Shown: positions 20,270 to 29,757 of the stretch, in pieces | Layout: every line of letters begins with the position of its first letter | Numbering within the stretch: position 1 is the first letter of the stretch | DNA from: Candidatus Levyibacteriota bacterium | Lineage (GTDB): Bacteria; Patescibacteriota; Microgenomatia; Levybacterales; UBA12049 | NCBI GenBank assembly: GCA_016182235.1 | Contig: JACOXT010000003.1 | Location: 451,488 to 515,487, forward strand | Length of the DNA: 64,000 nt | Direction of reading: 5' to 3' | Made by a program: the position numbers and the translations under genes | Notes under the pieces: generated by a model | Database searches by the model: none | What the model was told of the DNA's origin: nothing | The model's input: the letters and a program-made list of their open reading frames with translations, nothing else

Positions 20270-20608
20270 ATGATAAAAGAAGCACTTAATGAAGTTTCTC
20301 CTAGCCAGATGAGATTAAGTGAGGAAGAAGTATTTGCTTCATCTACGGGTTTGTTTTTGAGTGTCAGAGGAAGCGCTTTACAGAAAGTCGTAATGCTTGC
20401 GAATGAAATATCTTCTGATCCAGTTTATCCATCGTCAAAAAATGGAAGACGTGATCCAACCCCTATCGCAATTGAACAAACTAAAACAGATTTAAGCAGT
20501 TCCTGCGAGAAAGTAGGAATAGAAAACAATATTTTTGTTTTACATGCACTGCATGAAGAGCTTGTAAGAGTTGTTTCGGAAAGAATTGATAGAGAAAAAT
20601 TAGGGTAA
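20270..20608 (+). CDS. Hypothetical protein
   Basis: 112 aa ORF starting right after the glyQS stop; no motif recognised. Confidence 0.5.
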   Translation: MIKEALNEVSPSQMRLSEEEVFASSTGLFLSVRGSALQKVVMLANEISSDPVYPSSKNGRRDPTPIAIEQTKTDLSSSCEKVGIENNIFVLHALHEELVRVVSERIDREKLG

Positions 20609-20627
20609 TAGTAAATGAGAAGTGAGT

Positions 20628-20654
20628 TGACAAAGTTTAAGGGGTTGGTACAAT
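20628..20654 (+). promoter_or_regulatory. sigma70-type promoter
   Basis: TTGACA followed at promoter-like spacing by TGG-TACAAT, about 9 nt before GTG 20664. Confidence 0.55.
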
Positions 20655-20663
20655 AAATAAATA

Positions 20664-21116
20664 GTGAAAAATCAGAATTTAGTTATTGCTGGAGTTATCG
20701 CTTTAATTATTGTTTTAATTGGAGGATTTTTTATTTTGTCTCCCGGCAAAAAGACAGAGCCTGACTTAGTTACGAAACTGCCTATTGAGGAACAAATAAC
20801 TGAAATTAATCCTGAGGATATAGGGCTTACCCTTACAGCATCTGCGGACAACAGAAAAGTAATTCTTGAAGTAAATAAAACCGAAGGATTATCCGGATTA
20901 GACTATGAATTGTCTTATATCTCAAAGGGAGACATTCCAAGAGGAGTCATCGGGCATGTTGACATAGAACAGGAAGGAGATCCTGTAGCACAATCAATCA
21001 CTCTTGGAACTTGTTCTGATGTTTGCCATTATGACGAAGATGTCTCAGATATTAAGATAATTGTAAAAGTTTCAAAAACAGACGGATCTACAGCGCAAGT
21101 AGAAAAATCCCTCTAA
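20664..21116 (+). CDS. Membrane-anchored hypothetical protein
   Basis: N-terminal TM; LDYELSY, ITLGTCSDVCHYDE. Confidence 0.75.
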   Translation: MKNQNLVIAGVIALIIVLIGGFFILSPGKKTEPDLVTKLPIEEQITEINPEDIGLTLTASADNRKVILEVNKTEGLSGLDYELSYISKGDIPRGVIGHVDIEQEGDPVAQSITLGTCSDVCHYDEDVSDIKIIVKVSKTDGSTAQVEKSL

Positions 21117-21178
21117 ACTTCTTTTCTACCAGTTGAGTTTTGAATCTTCTCATTACGCTAAACTGCTGTTTTGATATA

Positions 21179-21231
21179 TTGACAAAGAACTATAAACAGT
21201 TCAAAATGGGAATAAGTGGGAAAAGGTGGGT
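21179..21231 (+). promoter_or_regulatory. dcw promoter with MraZ-binding repeats
   Basis: TTGACA-17 bp-CAAAAT, then atggga/gtggga/gtgggt at 10-bp spacing (21206, 21216, 21226), the known TGGGN MraZ box arrangement. Confidence 0.8.
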
Positions 21232-21236
21232 AGGAT

Positions 21237-21686
21237 ATGGCAGGATCATTATTGATAGGTCAATATGATGCACGAATAGACGAGAAACATAGAATTGCTT
21301 TCCCTAAAAAAATAAGAGAAATTATTGGAAATAAATTTATAGTTACACTCGGATATGAAAACTCGCTCATTATTGTCAAAGAAGAAGGATGGAAGGCGCT
21401 TCTTGAAGGCACAGAAGGAAAGCCTTTCATCCAAAAAGGGGCAAGGGAAACTCAAAGATACTTACTTGGAGGAGCAAGTTTCGTTGAGCTTGATAGCAAA
21501 GGAAGGTTTATTATACCTGACTACTTACGACGCTTTGCAAAGATTAAAGGAGAAGTTATATTCTTAGGACTTGAAAGATTTGTAGAACTATGGGATAGAG
21601 AAATATGGGAATCCTATAGACAGAACCTTGAAAAAAATATAGACAAAATTTCAGAGAAACTCATAAATGTCGACAATAAAGAGTGA
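21237..21686 (+). CDS. mraZ: Transcriptional regulator MraZ
   Basis: GQYDARIDEKHRIAFP, ELDSKGRFIIP, VELWD; first gene of dcw cluster. Confidence 0.95.
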   Translation: MAGSLLIGQYDARIDEKHRIAFPKKIREIIGNKFIVTLGYENSLIIVKEEGWKALLEGTEGKPFIQKGARETQRYLLGGASFVELDSKGRFIIPDYLRRFAKIKGEVIFLGLERFVELWDREIWESYRQNLEKNIDKISEKLINVDNKE

Positions 21687-21699
21687 ATTGAGTTTCGAT

Positions 21700-22602
21700 A
21701 TGGATAACTTTCATACACCAGTTCTTTTAAAAGAGGTCATTGAAAACTTAAGAATTGAGAAGGACAAAAAATATATTGACGCAACAATTGGCGGAGGGGG
21801 ACACGCAGTTGAGATTTTAAAGCTTGGTGGGAAAGTTCTAGGAATTGACGTAGATAGGGAAGCGATCGGTTATATAAAAGATCAAGAATTAAATATCAAA
21901 AATTCTAAAAATTTAATTTTGGTTAAGGGGAATTTTAGGGATATTGATGAGATAGCGAAATCAAAAGGATTTGATAAAGTGGCGGGAATAATTTTTGATC
22001 TAGGAGCATCAAGTCATCAGCTTGAGAGGCAAGAAAGGGGATTTAGCTTCCAAAAAGAAGGACCGTTAGACATGAGGATGGATCAGGAACTGGCTGTTCG
22101 GGCTTTAGACTTAATAAAAATTTTGACGAAAAGAGAACTTTATGAAATTTTTACTAAATTTGGTGAGGAAAATCGTGCTTGGGCCATTTCTGAACGTATT
22201 GTCAGCTCCCGTAAGATGAAACCGATTAAGACGACAAAGGATTTAACATTGGTTGTTGGGGAGGCTTTTGGCATAGGAGGCAGCAGGTCTAATTTTGCTA
22301 AGGCTCAAGTAGCTAAGAGGGTTTTTCAAGCGTTAAGGATTGCAGTGAACGATGAATTAGACGCTTTAGAGCAAGCTTTACCCAAGGCTATAAGCCTTCT
22401 TGAGAAAAATGGGAAATTAGCGGTAATTTCGTTTCACTCTCTTGAAGATAGAATCGTTAAAAAAGAATTTATAAAATATAAAGAAAAAAAACTTGGAGTA
22501 ATTATTACTGAAAAACCAATAATTCCTGAGGATCACGAGTTAAAAAAAAACTGGAAAGCAAGAAGTGCCAAGCTTAGAATTTTTGAGAAATCATTAATTT
22601 AA
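21700..22602 (+). CDS. rsmH: 16S rRNA m4C1402 methyltransferase
   Basis: HTPVLLKE, DATIGGGGH, DLGASSHQ, GPLDMRMD, FQALRIAVNDEL, ISFHSLEDRIVK; alternative start 21667. Confidence 0.97.
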   Translation: MDNFHTPVLLKEVIENLRIEKDKKYIDATIGGGGHAVEILKLGGKVLGIDVDREAIGYIKDQELNIKNSKNLILVKGNFRDIDEIAKSKGFDKVAGIIFDLGASSHQLERQERGFSFQKEGPLDMRMDQELAVRALDLIKILTKRELYEIFTKFGEENRAWAISERIVSSRKMKPIKTTKDLTLVVGEAFGIGGSRSNFAKAQVAKRVFQALRIAVNDELDALEQALPKAISLLEKNGKLAVISFHSLEDRIVKKEFIKYKEKKLGVIITEKPIIPEDHELKKNWKARSAKLRIFEKSLI

Positions 22603-22610
22603 ATTGAAAT

Positions 22611-22895
22611 ATGAAGAAGTCGTCATTTGTTATACTGTTATTCATAATTACAATTGTCTCGCTATCCGTTGCGCAGGGAGTCGTATCAAATAAGCTTTCC
22701 ACAAAAGGAGTGATTCTGCATGAAATTGAGAAAAAAGTGTATGATTATAAAACCCAAAATAGTATTTTGTCTGAAGAAATTTTATACAACTCATCTCTCA
22801 CGAATTTAGCATCTAAAGCCGCAGAGTTAGGATTTGGTAAACTGAGAGAGCAATTTGTGCTAAATTCGGGGTCAAGTCTGGCAGTTAAGCCATGA
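22611..22895 (+). CDS. FtsL-like cell division protein
   Basis: TM plus coiled coil, KAAELG; positioned between rsmH and PBP. Confidence 0.65.
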   Translation: MKKSSFVILLFIITIVSLSVAQGVVSNKLSTKGVILHEIEKKVYDYKTQNSILSEEILYNSSLTNLASKAAELGFGKLREQFVLNSGSSLAVKP

Positions 22896-22941
22896 TCCTT
22901 CGATTACGCTCAGGATCATACTGAGCATGTCGAATGTATGA
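22892..22941. repeat. Composite double-hairpin element bounded by ATGA direct repeats
   Basis: ATGATCC-ttcgattacgctca-GGATCAT overlapping TCATAC-tgagcatgtcgaat-GTATGA. Confidence 0.85.
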
Positions 22942-24617
22942 GATGGAGATATAATTTCCTTTTTATATTCCTATCAGTTCTTTTCGTATCCATAATCGCT
23001 CGGTTGTTCTACTGGCAGGTTGTGAAGGCAGAGATGCTTTCAGAATTAGCAATTTCTCAGTATACTGGTGTTAGGGAAATTGCGCCAACAAGAGGAGAGA
23101 TAAAGACCTCAGATGGGTTTCCAATTGTTGCCAATAAAGTTTCGTATATTCTTTTTGCTAACCCTAAAGAGATAAAAAATAAAAAGGAAACAATTGATAG
23201 GCTTTCATCTTTTATAGACATAGACATAGCTTCCGCAAGCTCCTTACTTAATAGTGATTTGTTCTGGGTTCCAATAAAGTCAGGAGTAAGTGCAAAGGTC
23301 AAAGACGAAATTGAAAAAGATAGTCCTATAGGGGTTGGATTTGAACAGCAATTTAATCGTTTTTATCCAGAAGCATCTATGGCTGCTGAGCTTATTGGTT
23401 TTGTAGGTAAAAGCGATGAGGGGAAAGATAAAGGGTATTTTGGTCTTGAAGGCTATTACGATAGATTACTTAGAGGTAAAGAAGGACGTTCTCTTGAAAT
23501 TCGCGACGCGTTAGGCAGTCCAATATTATCAAAAAGGAATGAAAACATTAGTGGTATAGGAGGAAGTAACGTTATTTTAAGTTTGGATAGATCAGTGCAG
23601 TTCTTGGTAGAAGATAGGTTAAAAAAGGCAATAGAAAGTTATGAGGCAACTGGCGGAATGATAGGAATTATGGATCCCCAGACTGGAAATATTATCGCGA
23701 TGGCATCTTTTCCAACATTTGATCCTGTGAATTTTCAATATTATGACGAAACTTTGTATTCTAATAATTTTATCGCGGATACTTACGAGCCGGGGTCTAC
23801 ATTGAAACCAATTATTATGTCTTCAGCCCTAGACGCAGGGGCGATAACACCCCTTACAAAATGTCCTATTTGTTATGGGCCAGTTTCTGTAAGCGGCTAT
23901 GAACTCCATACTTGGAACGACAAATATTATAAGGATACAAATATGATTGATGTGATTAAGCATTCAGACAATACTGGTATGGCATTTGTTGCTCTAAAAC
24001 TTGGAAGAGATAGGATTATTCGATATCTTGATAGATTTGGAATAGGTAAGTTAACAGATATTGATCTTCAGGGTGAGGCACTCGCGCAGCTTAAGCCGAA
24101 AAACGCATGGTATGATGTAGATCTTGCAACTACCGGATTTGGACAGGGCATATCTGTTACCCCAATCGCACTCTTAAATGCGTTTTCAGCTATTGCGAAT
24201 AAAGGTGTCATGATGCAGCCAAAAGCTGTTTCGGCGATCGAGGGTCCAGATGGAAAAATAATTAAGGTTCCCACAAAGACTAGGGGAACTCCTATTTCTG
24301 AAAAAACGGCAAAAATTATGACTGAAATGTTGGTAAATGCTGTTGATAATGGCGAGGCAAAGTGGGCTCGCGTAAAAGGTTATAGAGTCGCTGGAAAAAC
24401 AGGGACTGCCTCGATTCCAGTTGAGGGACATTACGATCCTGAAAATACAATTGCTTCTTTTATAGGGTTTGCTCCAGCAGATGATCCGAAGTTTGTGATG
24501 CTAGTTATACTTGATAAACCAACAACTTCTATTTATGCCGCAGAGACCGCAGCGCCTTTGTTTTTTGATATCACAAAAGAACTTTTAACCTACTACGGCA
24601 TCCCCCCGAGTGAGTAA
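22938..24617 (+). CDS. ftsI: Class B penicillin-binding protein (FtsI)
   Basis: RGEIKTSDG, RFYP, GLEGYYD, YEPGSTLK (SxxK), SDN, GKTGT. Confidence 0.92.
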   Translation: MRWRYNFLFIFLSVLFVSIIARLFYWQVVKAEMLSELAISQYTGVREIAPTRGEIKTSDGFPIVANKVSYILFANPKEIKNKKETIDRLSSFIDIDIASASSLLNSDLFWVPIKSGVSAKVKDEIEKDSPIGVGFEQQFNRFYPEASMAAELIGFVGKSDEGKDKGYFGLEGYYDRLLRGKEGRSLEIRDALGSPILSKRNENISGIGGSNVILSLDRSVQFLVEDRLKKAIESYEATGGMIGIMDPQTGNIIAMASFPTFDPVNFQYYDETLYSNNFIADTYEPGSTLKPIIMSSALDAGAITPLTKCPICYGPVSVSGYELHTWNDKYYKDTNMIDVIKHSDNTGMAFVALKLGRDRIIRYLDRFGIGKLTDIDLQGEALAQLKPKNAWYDVDLATTGFGQGISVTPIALLNAFSAIANKGVMMQPKAVSAIEGPDGKIIKVPTKTRGTPISEKTAKIMTEMLVNAVDNGEAKWARVKGYRVAGKTGTASIPVEGHYDPENTIASFIGFAPADDPKFVMLVILDKPTTSIYAAETAAPLFFDITKELLTYYGIPPSE

Positions 24618-24652
24618 GTAAAGTAGTTTATTGCTATTTCAAAAGGAGCCAG

Positions 24653-27600
24653 TCAATTGTTATTTCTCTTAAAATGTTCTCTTATTTTTTCAACTAATTC
24701 AGGAGAGTAGTGTTCGCTTTGAATATTTCTTCTTCCTCTTAAAATTCTAAACCATTCAGGATGATCCTCTCGAAATTGGGTAGCGAATTCACTAACTCGG
24801 GGACTTATTATACCTAGTTCTTTAGCCAAAGTAGTTTTATTTAACCAACCAACTTCCAAATCTGAAGGCCTAGCATTCTCTTGTTTTATCAACGAGGTAA
24901 GTTCTGGAGATACAAAGTAACCAATGTGGCGACTTTCATTCCGAAATACTCCCAAAAGGGTTGGGTGAGATTCTTTATACTGACTTAACAATCTTAATAC
25001 AGAAGCTTCAGATAACCTCAGGTTATTAGATAGTTCAATCGTATTTGACCAGCCAGGTGGTGGCGCTACTACTTCCAAATACTCATTTTTTATCAGTTCT
25101 ACTAATTCAGGTGAAAAGTATTGAGACAGATGGTGTTTTCTTCCTACCAATACTTTAAAATATTCAGGATGTGATTTTCCGTATCTTTTCACGTAGAATC
25201 TAACATTGACAGCATCAATACCAAAAATTTGTTCTATATCATAACTATTCATCCATCCTGTTGGAGGGGTTTCTCTACCTATAATTTCATTTCTTAATAG
25301 CTTTTCTATTTCAGGAGCAACATATTCTCGTACCTTACTTTTTTGTCTTTCTCGATCAATATATATTCTAAAGAGCTGTGGGTAAGTTTTACGATACTCT
25401 TCAATTCTTTTATTTACAGTTGTTCTAGAAATGCCTAATTCTTTGTGAATAACACTATGGTCAATCCATCCTTCATCTGGTTTATTAAGAAGCAGAGTGA
25501 TTTCATCTCTAAGTAAAGTAGCAAGCTCTGGAGAAAAATGCTCAGAAATTCTACCGCCTTGTGTCGTTCTGAACAATTGAATTCCCTCGGCTTGAATGTC
25601 TCTATTTTTTCCTACAAGTGTATTAATAACAGCTGTACTGATTCCAAACTCTTTTCCTAGTAAACTTGGACGCACCCAGCCCTCGCTAGCAACTGGAACT
25701 TTATCTAATTTTGTCTTTAAATAATCAATGATAGAAGCTGATATATATTCTGCGACTCTTCCTCCTCTTTTTTTGAATATTCCAAACATTTCAGGATGAC
25801 TTTCTTTATATCTTGCAGTGAATCTTTTAATAGTTTTTCTATCAACTTTTAATAAACGGGCAGCCTCTCTTTCCGTTACCCAACCTTCAGGTGGAATGTC
25901 AGCAGTTACTAGATTGTCTCTTGTCTGTTGTCTAATTATACCAACTAATTCAGGAGATAAGTATTCAATTATTTGCCCTCCTTCTCTTTTGAAAACTCTA
26001 AAATATCTTGGGATATTTACTCGATATTCATTAATAATTCTTCTAAGCGTTGGGCGCGAGATATTTAACTCACTTTCGATTGAAGTTAAACTTTGCCATC
26101 CTTCTATTGAAGCCTGTAATTTTTCTTTTGTATCTTTGATCATTTCTACCAATTTGGGGGAAACATATTCGTACACCCGTCCTCTAGAGCTACGAAATAA
26201 TTTAAAATCTTCCGAGTATAAGTCTCTTAGGTTGTCTAAAATTCGACGCATAGTTTGCGGACCAACTCGATAAGTGTTATTTAAAGCTGTAATGCTTAAC
26301 CACCCTTCCTGAACAGGTTGATACTTTTGTTCAACCACCTGTTGAACAATTTTCATTACCTCTTCGGCTTCTGTGATAACTTTTAAGCCGTAAATCTCTA
26401 TTTGAGGGTAAAGTATAGTTCCGGTGTCGGTATCTTCTCTAGGATAATCTGGAGGATTATCTTTCCTAAATATATGGGCAGATTCTAGTATTTGAGCAAA
26501 TGAAACCGGAAAACGATTCGGATCTCCAAAATTGTCTATAAAGTCGACGATATAGGCATGCTTGAATGGATTGGCTGGGTCCGGTCTTAATACGCGTCCA
26601 GCCCTTTGTTCAGCAACCACAGGAGATGCAGTTGGTCGAAGATTAAGACATACATTGACGCTAGGATCATCAAAACCCTGTATAAGAAGATCGGCATTAC
26701 ATAATACCTTTATTTCCCCTGTTTTGTATTTTCTTAATATGGTTTTCTGTTCTGCTGGCAACTGATATCCGCTAACAACTGCTGCCTTTATACCATTTTC
26801 TTCAAAACGTTTAGCTAAATCTGTCGCATGATTAACTGTGACACAATAAGCTAATGCCTTTTGATCTAGGAACATAGCTTTATATAGATCGACCGCAGCT
26901 GAATTTCGAGTTGTTATGTTTATTGCTCGTTCAAGATCTTCATCCTTATACTCCCCTGTGCTTGTTATTTTAACTTCACTTAAATCAACATCTGTTTTTC
27001 CAATATACACAGATAAAGAAGAAAGCATCCCCAGCTCTATTGCTTCTCTAATAGGCATGCTATGAATCTCGGTATTTAGCAGGTTACCCAGGTGTTTATC
27101 TTTTGTGTATCTAGGAGTTGCAGTAAAACCAAGTTTTACAGCGTTTGTAAACTTGCGTACTGCTTCCATTCTTCTTGGGCTTAACGATTCATGTGCCTCA
27201 TCCAAAATAAGCAGTTCGTAATCTTCAGGTTTCATTTTTACCGACTCAACATCTTTTAAAAACGACGCATACGTAATAATTGTTACTGGTTTTTCATATT
27301 CTTTTGATCGCGCATAAACTTTTCCAGTTTCAACAGTCGGCGCAAACTCTTCAAATCTCTCTTCTGTTTGGTCAACCAAGATTTGCGTCGGCACAACTAT
27401 GAGAGTTTTAAGGTCGGTGGCTTCGACAAACTCGGTAAATACTACAGTTTTTCCAGAACCAGTAGGCAATCGTATATAACCTTCTGTAACTCCTTCCTCA
27501 ATAGATTTTCTCAATGCTTCAAATGCGTTCATTTGAGGATCAAAAAGAGTTCTCTCGTCTTCGTTTTGGGAATAATAGGTATTAATATATCTATCAAGTG

Positions 27601-27844
27601 CGTTGAGAGCATGTATTCTCCTTTCATATAATAGATTAGGTTCTTCATTTCTTTTTTGTCTGCGTAAAGTATCAACATACACTTTGTATCTGGTAGGAAA
27701 TTTTTCTTTAAGTTCGCTTGAAGTTGTATCAAATAGTACTCCATTATCTAACATTGGAGATATGGGACTACCTAAAGCTTCTGAAACATTGTTAACTTGC
27801 CTACCAAGTTGTTCTATTGTTTTTGGTTTTGCTCGCTCGATCAT
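24653..27844 (-). CDS. SF2 DEAD/DEAH (ResIII/RadD-like) helicase with 8 C-terminal tandem HTH-like repeats
   Basis: LPTGSGKT, LDEAH, GFTATP, LIQGFDDP, EQRAGRVLR; eight ~70-aa repeats xGW...SPELV; start ATG 27844 or TTG 27853. Confidence 0.9.
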   Translation of the reverse strand: MIERAKPKTIEQLGRQVNNVSEALGSPISPMLDNGVLFDTTSSELKEKFPTRYKVYVDTLRRQKRNEEPNLLYERRIHALNALDRYINTYYSQNEDERTLFDPQMNAFEALRKSIEEGVTEGYIRLPTGSGKTVVFTEFVEATDLKTLIVVPTQILVDQTEERFEEFAPTVETGKVYARSKEYEKPVTIITYASFLKDVESVKMKPEDYELLILDEAHESLSPRRMEAVRKFTNAVKLGFTATPRYTKDKHLGNLLNTEIHSMPIREAIELGMLSSLSVYIGKTDVDLSEVKITSTGEYKDEDLERAINITTRNSAAVDLYKAMFLDQKALAYCVTVNHATDLAKRFEENGIKAAVVSGYQLPAEQKTILRKYKTGEIKVLCNADLLIQGFDDPSVNVCLNLRPTASPVVAEQRAGRVLRPDPANPFKHAYIVDFIDNFGDPNRFPVSFAQILESAHIFRKDNPPDYPREDTDTGTILYPQIEIYGLKVITEAEEVMKIVQQVVEQKYQPVQEGWLSITALNNTYRVGPQTMRRILDNLRDLYSEDFKLFRSSRGRVYEYVSPKLVEMIKDTKEKLQASIEGWQSLTSIESELNISRPTLRRIINEYRVNIPRYFRVFKREGGQIIEYLSPELVGIIRQQTRDNLVTADIPPEGWVTEREAARLLKVDRKTIKRFTARYKESHPEMFGIFKKRGGRVAEYISASIIDYLKTKLDKVPVASEGWVRPSLLGKEFGISTAVINTLVGKNRDIQAEGIQLFRTTQGGRISEHFSPELATLLRDEITLLLNKPDEGWIDHSVIHKELGISRTTVNKRIEEYRKTYPQLFRIYIDRERQKSKVREYVAPEIEKLLRNEIIGRETPPTGWMNSYDIEQIFGIDAVNVRFYVKRYGKSHPEYFKVLVGRKHHLSQYFSPELVELIKNEYLEVVAPPPGWSNTIELSNNLRLSEASVLRLLSQYKESHPTLLGVFRNESRHIGYFVSPELTSLIKQENARPSDLEVGWLNKTTLAKELGIISPRVSEFATQFREDHPEWFRILRGRRNIQSEHYSPELVEKIREHFKRNNN

Positions 27845-27910
27845 AGCCAGCAAATTTTATAACAATATGCCTTTTATTACAAACTTCTATACTATGTTAT
27901 ACTGGATTGT

Positions 27911-28486
27911 ATGGCTGGGAGGACGCATGATTTGGGTGCTTTTACTGCGCTAACTTATACGGTGGCTACGCAGCCCCTACACGAGATGACGCTTGCGACA
28001 GCGATCGTTGCCTTTTTGGCTAACATGGTTGGAGGGTTGGCGCCTGATATTGACCAGCCAACCGGAAATTTGTGGAACAGAGTTCGGGGAGGAAGGTTGG
28101 TTAGCAGACTTGTTACTCCTCTTCTTGGAGGACATCGTTTTATCTCACATTCGTTATTAGGCATATTACTATTTGGGTTCGTTGTGAGTAAACTTCTAGA
28201 TACTGTGAGTTCAGTTCTACTCGTTGATATGAATATTGTTTGGTGGGCTTTTATGATAGGATTTGTGTCTCACCTAATGCTAGATACACTTAGTCGAGAA
28301 GGAGTTCCATGGCTATTTCCGATTCCAATTCGTATCGGAATTCCTCCATTTCGGTTTCTCCGTATAAAAACCGGTGGTATAGTCGAAAAATCATTTGCCT
28401 TTCCCATGCTTTTGATTGCAAATATTTATATGTATTATATCCACTACCCCAAATTTATGGACTTCTTACGGCACTACATAAAGTAG
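27911..28486 (+). CDS. YdjM-like (DUF457) membrane metal-dependent hydrolase
   Basis: MAGRTH, LAPDIDQP, HRFISHS, SHLMLD..GVPWLFP. Confidence 0.88.
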   Translation: MAGRTHDLGAFTALTYTVATQPLHEMTLATAIVAFLANMVGGLAPDIDQPTGNLWNRVRGGRLVSRLVTPLLGGHRFISHSLLGILLFGFVVSKLLDTVSSVLLVDMNIVWWAFMIGFVSHLMLDTLSREGVPWLFPIPIRIGIPPFRFLRIKTGGIVEKSFAFPMLLIANIYMYYIHYPKFMDFLRHYIK

Positions 28487-28518
28487 AGAAGAGGTTAAGA
28501 AAAGGGTATAATGGGGAC

Positions 28519-29757
28519 ATGCTACAGAGAATTAAGAATATTTATCACCTTGGAAATGGCATTCTGGGTAATTTGCGGTTTGGGTTTCCATCACATAAGC
28601 TTACTGTAATAGGCGTTACCGGAACTGATGGTAAAACAACAACTACAAGTCTAATATACCATGTCCTTTCTACATCTGGACGAAATGCATCGATGATAAG
28701 CTCAGTTGGGGCAGTAATAGGAGGAAGAGAGTATGATGTGGGATTTCATGTTACAACTCCTTCTTCCTGGGCGCTTCAGAAGTTTATTAAAGAGGCAGAA
28801 AAGGGCTTTCTGGTTCTTGAGACGACGTCTCATGCCTTGGATCAATTTAGAGTTTGGGGAATAAAATTTGACATTGGAGTTTTAACCAATATCACCCATG
28901 AACACCTAGATTACCACAAGACTTACCATAAATACGTTGAGGCAAAAGCAAAGCTTCTTGAAATGAGCCGAGTAGCGATTGTGAATAGAGACGACAAATC
29001 ATACCCGTTAATAAATTCGAAATTCGCTCGCCTCGCTGCGAAGCGGGAAATTCGAAATTCGAAATTAATTACCTATGGGATGAAAGATAATGCGGATTTA
29101 AATCCAAAAAAATTTCCATTTAAAACAAATATGATTGGAGAGTTCAATATTTACAACAGTCTTGCCGCAATAGCGGTATGTAGAGCTCTTGGTATTCCAG
29201 ATGAAGATATTAGAACGGGTTTAAAGTCATTTAAGCCTCCGATTGGCAGAGAAGAAGTAGTTTATAAGAAAGATTTTACCGTTATGATTGATTTTGCACA
29301 TACACCTAACGCCTTTGAGGAAATTCTGAGTTCAATTAAACCGAGTATAAAAGGCAGACTTATTCACGTATTTGGGTCGGCGGGACTTAGAGACAATACC
29401 AAAAGACCAATTATGGGGAGAGTCTCATCAAAATATGCGGATATTATTGTTTTGACCTCTGAAGATCCAAGATCGGAATCGGTTGAGAAGATTTCAGACG
29501 AGATAGAATCAGGAATAAAAATTCCAAACTCAAAATCTCAAATTACAAATAAATCCAAAATTCAAATATATAAAATTCCAAATCGACAAGAAGCAATTCA
29601 ATTTGCTATTAAGATTGCTAGAAAAGGAGATTTGGTCTTGACAACGGGGAAATCGCACGAAAAATCAATGAATTATGGACATGGAGAAGTTCCGTGGGAC
29701 GAGTACAGCGCTGTACGAAAAGCATTAAAAGGTTTGGGATTAAAGATTAAGGATTAA
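28519..29757 (+). CDS. murE: UDP-MurNAc-tripeptide synthetase
   Basis: GVTGTDGKTTT, HVTTP, LETTSHALDQ, TNITHEHLDYH, DFAHTPN, GKSHE; ATG 28519 follows TATAAT. Confidence 0.92.
   Translation: MLQRIKNIYHLGNGILGNLRFGFPSHKLTVIGVTGTDGKTTTTSLIYHVLSTSGRNASMISSVGAVIGGREYDVGFHVTTPSSWALQKFIKEAEKGFLVLETTSHALDQFRVWGIKFDIGVLTNITHEHLDYHKTYHKYVEAKAKLLEMSRVAIVNRDDKSYPLINSKFARLAAKREIRNSKLITYGMKDNADLNPKKFPFKTNMIGEFNIYNSLAAIAVCRALGIPDEDIRTGLKSFKPPIGREEVVYKKDFTVMIDFAHTPNAFEEILSSIKPSIKGRLIHVFGSAGLRDNTKRPIMGRVSSKYADIIVLTSEDPRSESVEKISDEIESGIKIPNSKSQITNKSKIQIYKIPNRQEAIQFAIKIARKGDLVLTTGKSHEKSMNYGHGEVPWDEYSAVRKALKGLGLKIKD
29013..29066. repeat. aaattcg heptamer array with 21-bp element inserted at 29027-29047
   Basis: aaattcg aaattcg [ctcgcctcgctgcgaagcggg] aaattcg aaattcg aaatt. 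Confidence 0.9.
29518..29583. repeat. Degenerate heptamer array in murE
   Basis: aaattcc aaactca aaatctc aaattac aaat...; encodes KIPNSKSQITNKSKIQIYKIPN. Confidence 0.75.

Noticed and set aside
24653-26320. Helicase repeats as a diversity-generating retroelement target or recent DNA duplication
   Set aside because: Repeats are highly diverged at DNA level; no template repeat or reverse transcriptase seen
28309-28518. 70-aa N-terminal extension of MurE in the ORF track
   Set aside because: Overlaps the ydjM-like gene; ATG 28519 follows a TATAAT box and gives a normal MurE
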